DNA from: Haliotis cracherodii
Taxonomy: Eukaryota
Direction of reading: 5' to 3'
DNA: 64,000 bases
Assembly: GCF_022045235.1 (NCBI RefSeq)
Contig: NW_027266275.1
Location: 72,788,001-72,852,000 of the forward strand
A program made the translations under genes and the position numbers. Shown piece after piece: positions 62,535 through 64,000 of the stretch. Each line of letters starts with the position of its first letter. Positions within the stretch are counted from its first letter, which is position 1. The notes beneath the pieces are model-generated. The model worked only from the letters and a program-made list of their open reading frames with translations. It was not told the origin of the DNA and made no database searches.

Positions 62535-63748
62535 TGTCTACAGTGTCTTACAGCCTGATCGTCACATAAACACTCCCTACAGCTTGTTACTATTACGGTC
62601 TACAGCGTTCTATAGCCTACTCGTCACGTAGCGTGTCTTGTTACTATTACGGTCTACAGCATCATACAGCCTGATCGTCACATAAACACTCCCTGTAGCT
62701 TGTTACTATTACGGTCTACAGCGTCTTACAGCCTGATCGTCACATAAACACTCCCTGTAGCTTGTTACTATTACGGTCTACAGCATTCCATCGCCTGCTC
62801 ATCACGTAGCATGTCTTGTTACAATTACGGTCTACAGCGTCTTACAGCCTGATCGTCACATAAACAGTCCCTGTAGCTTGTTACTATTACGGTCTACAGC
62901 ATTCCATCGCCTGTTCATCACGTAGCGTGTCTTGTTACAATTACGGTCTACAGCGTCTTACAGCCTGATCGTCACATAAACACTCCCTGTAGCTTGTTAC
63001 TATTACGGTCTACAGCATTCCATCGCCTGCTCATCATGTAGCGTGTCTTGTTACAATTACGGTCTACAGCATCATACAGCCTGATCGTCACATAAACACT
63101 TCCTGTAGCTTGTTACTATTACGGTCTACAGCATTCCATCGCCTACTCATCACGTAGCGTGTCTTGTTACAATTACGGTCTACAGCATCATACAGCCTGA
63201 TCGCGTCACATAAACACTTCCTGTAGCTTGTTACTATAACGGTCTACAGCGTTCCATAGCCTGCTCATCACGTAGCGTGTCTTGTTACTATTACGGTCTA
63301 CAGCGTCGTACAGCCTGATCGTCACATAAACACTCCCTGTAGCTTGTTACTATTACGGTCTACAGCATCATACAGCCTGATCGTCACATAAACACTCCCT
63401 GTAGCTTGTTACTATTACGGTCTACAGCATCATACAGCCTGATCGTCACATAAACACTCCCTGTAGCTTGTTACTATTACGGTCTACATCATTCCATCGC
63501 CTGCTCATCACGTAGCGTGTCTTGTTACTATTACGGTCTAGAGCATCATACAGCCTGATCGCGTCACATAAACACTTCCTGTAGCTTGTTACTATTACGG
63601 TCTACAGCATCATACAGCCTGATCGTCACATAAACACTCCCTGTAGCTTGTTACTATTACGGTCTACAGCGTTCCATAGCCTGCTCATCACGTAGCGTGT
63701 CTTGTTACTATTACGGTCTACAGAGTCATACCACCTGATCATCACATG
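62535..63748. repeat. Two-subunit tandem array (62/64-bp and 54-bp units)
   Basis: Shared core TTGTTAC(T/A)ATTACGGTCTACAGC alternating with two types of intervening sequence. Confidence 0.95.
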
Positions 63749-64000
63749 TCACTGAAGTGTGCCTTTAACACAACTACCAATATCTAGGTACACCACTGAA
63801 GCTAATACACACTAACAAGACAAAGGCATCATAAACAAAGACTTTCTCTAATTATGCAAGTGGGGATATGCCAGGGGAGAAGACTCTGATGACTGGTTCC
63901 TCTGTGGTTCTGTGGGGCACAAGAGAGATTGTTGTGCACTCTGCATGATAGGCCTGAGAGGCCTGGACAGCTTTGTGTCAGTACACATTTGCACACAGAA

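Noticed and set aside
62535-63748. CRISPR-like constant repeat with spacers
   Set aside because: Only two recurring spacer types, no cas genes, eukaryotic context; it is a satellite.

Overview
Eukaryotic (animal) genomic DNA with spliceosomal introns, not a prokaryotic window. The repeat landscape resembles a mollusc, possibly abalone-like; this is inference. The one gene I can identify confidently is a GW182/TNRC6 (gawky) orthologue on the + strand, about 31.6-50.8 kb. Its ten coding exons join in frame with GT-AG boundaries: 37756-37765, 38462-38590, 38993-41235, 41534-41668, 43323-43466, 44300-44386, 45096-45153, 45663-47261, 47867-47940, 48496-49023 (5007 nt, about 1668 aa). The protein has a GW-rich AGO-binding domain, UBA, Q-rich region, PAM2, P-GL motif and RRM. 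The start codon is preceded by a chain of at least seven small non-coding exons with uORFs. A CpG/YY1/NRF1-rich region at 29.4-31.7 kb looks bidirectional, with a candidate first coding micro-exon of a minus-strand gene at 29390-29396. The flanks (1-30 kb, 51-64 kb) carry about a dozen unrelated minisatellites, four SINE families with related 3' tails, many MITEs with readable TSDs (several nested), a truncated LINE, and a Penelope-type minimal hammerhead ribozyme. Most long ORFs in the supplied track are minisatellite or antisense artefacts. All coordinates were read by eye.
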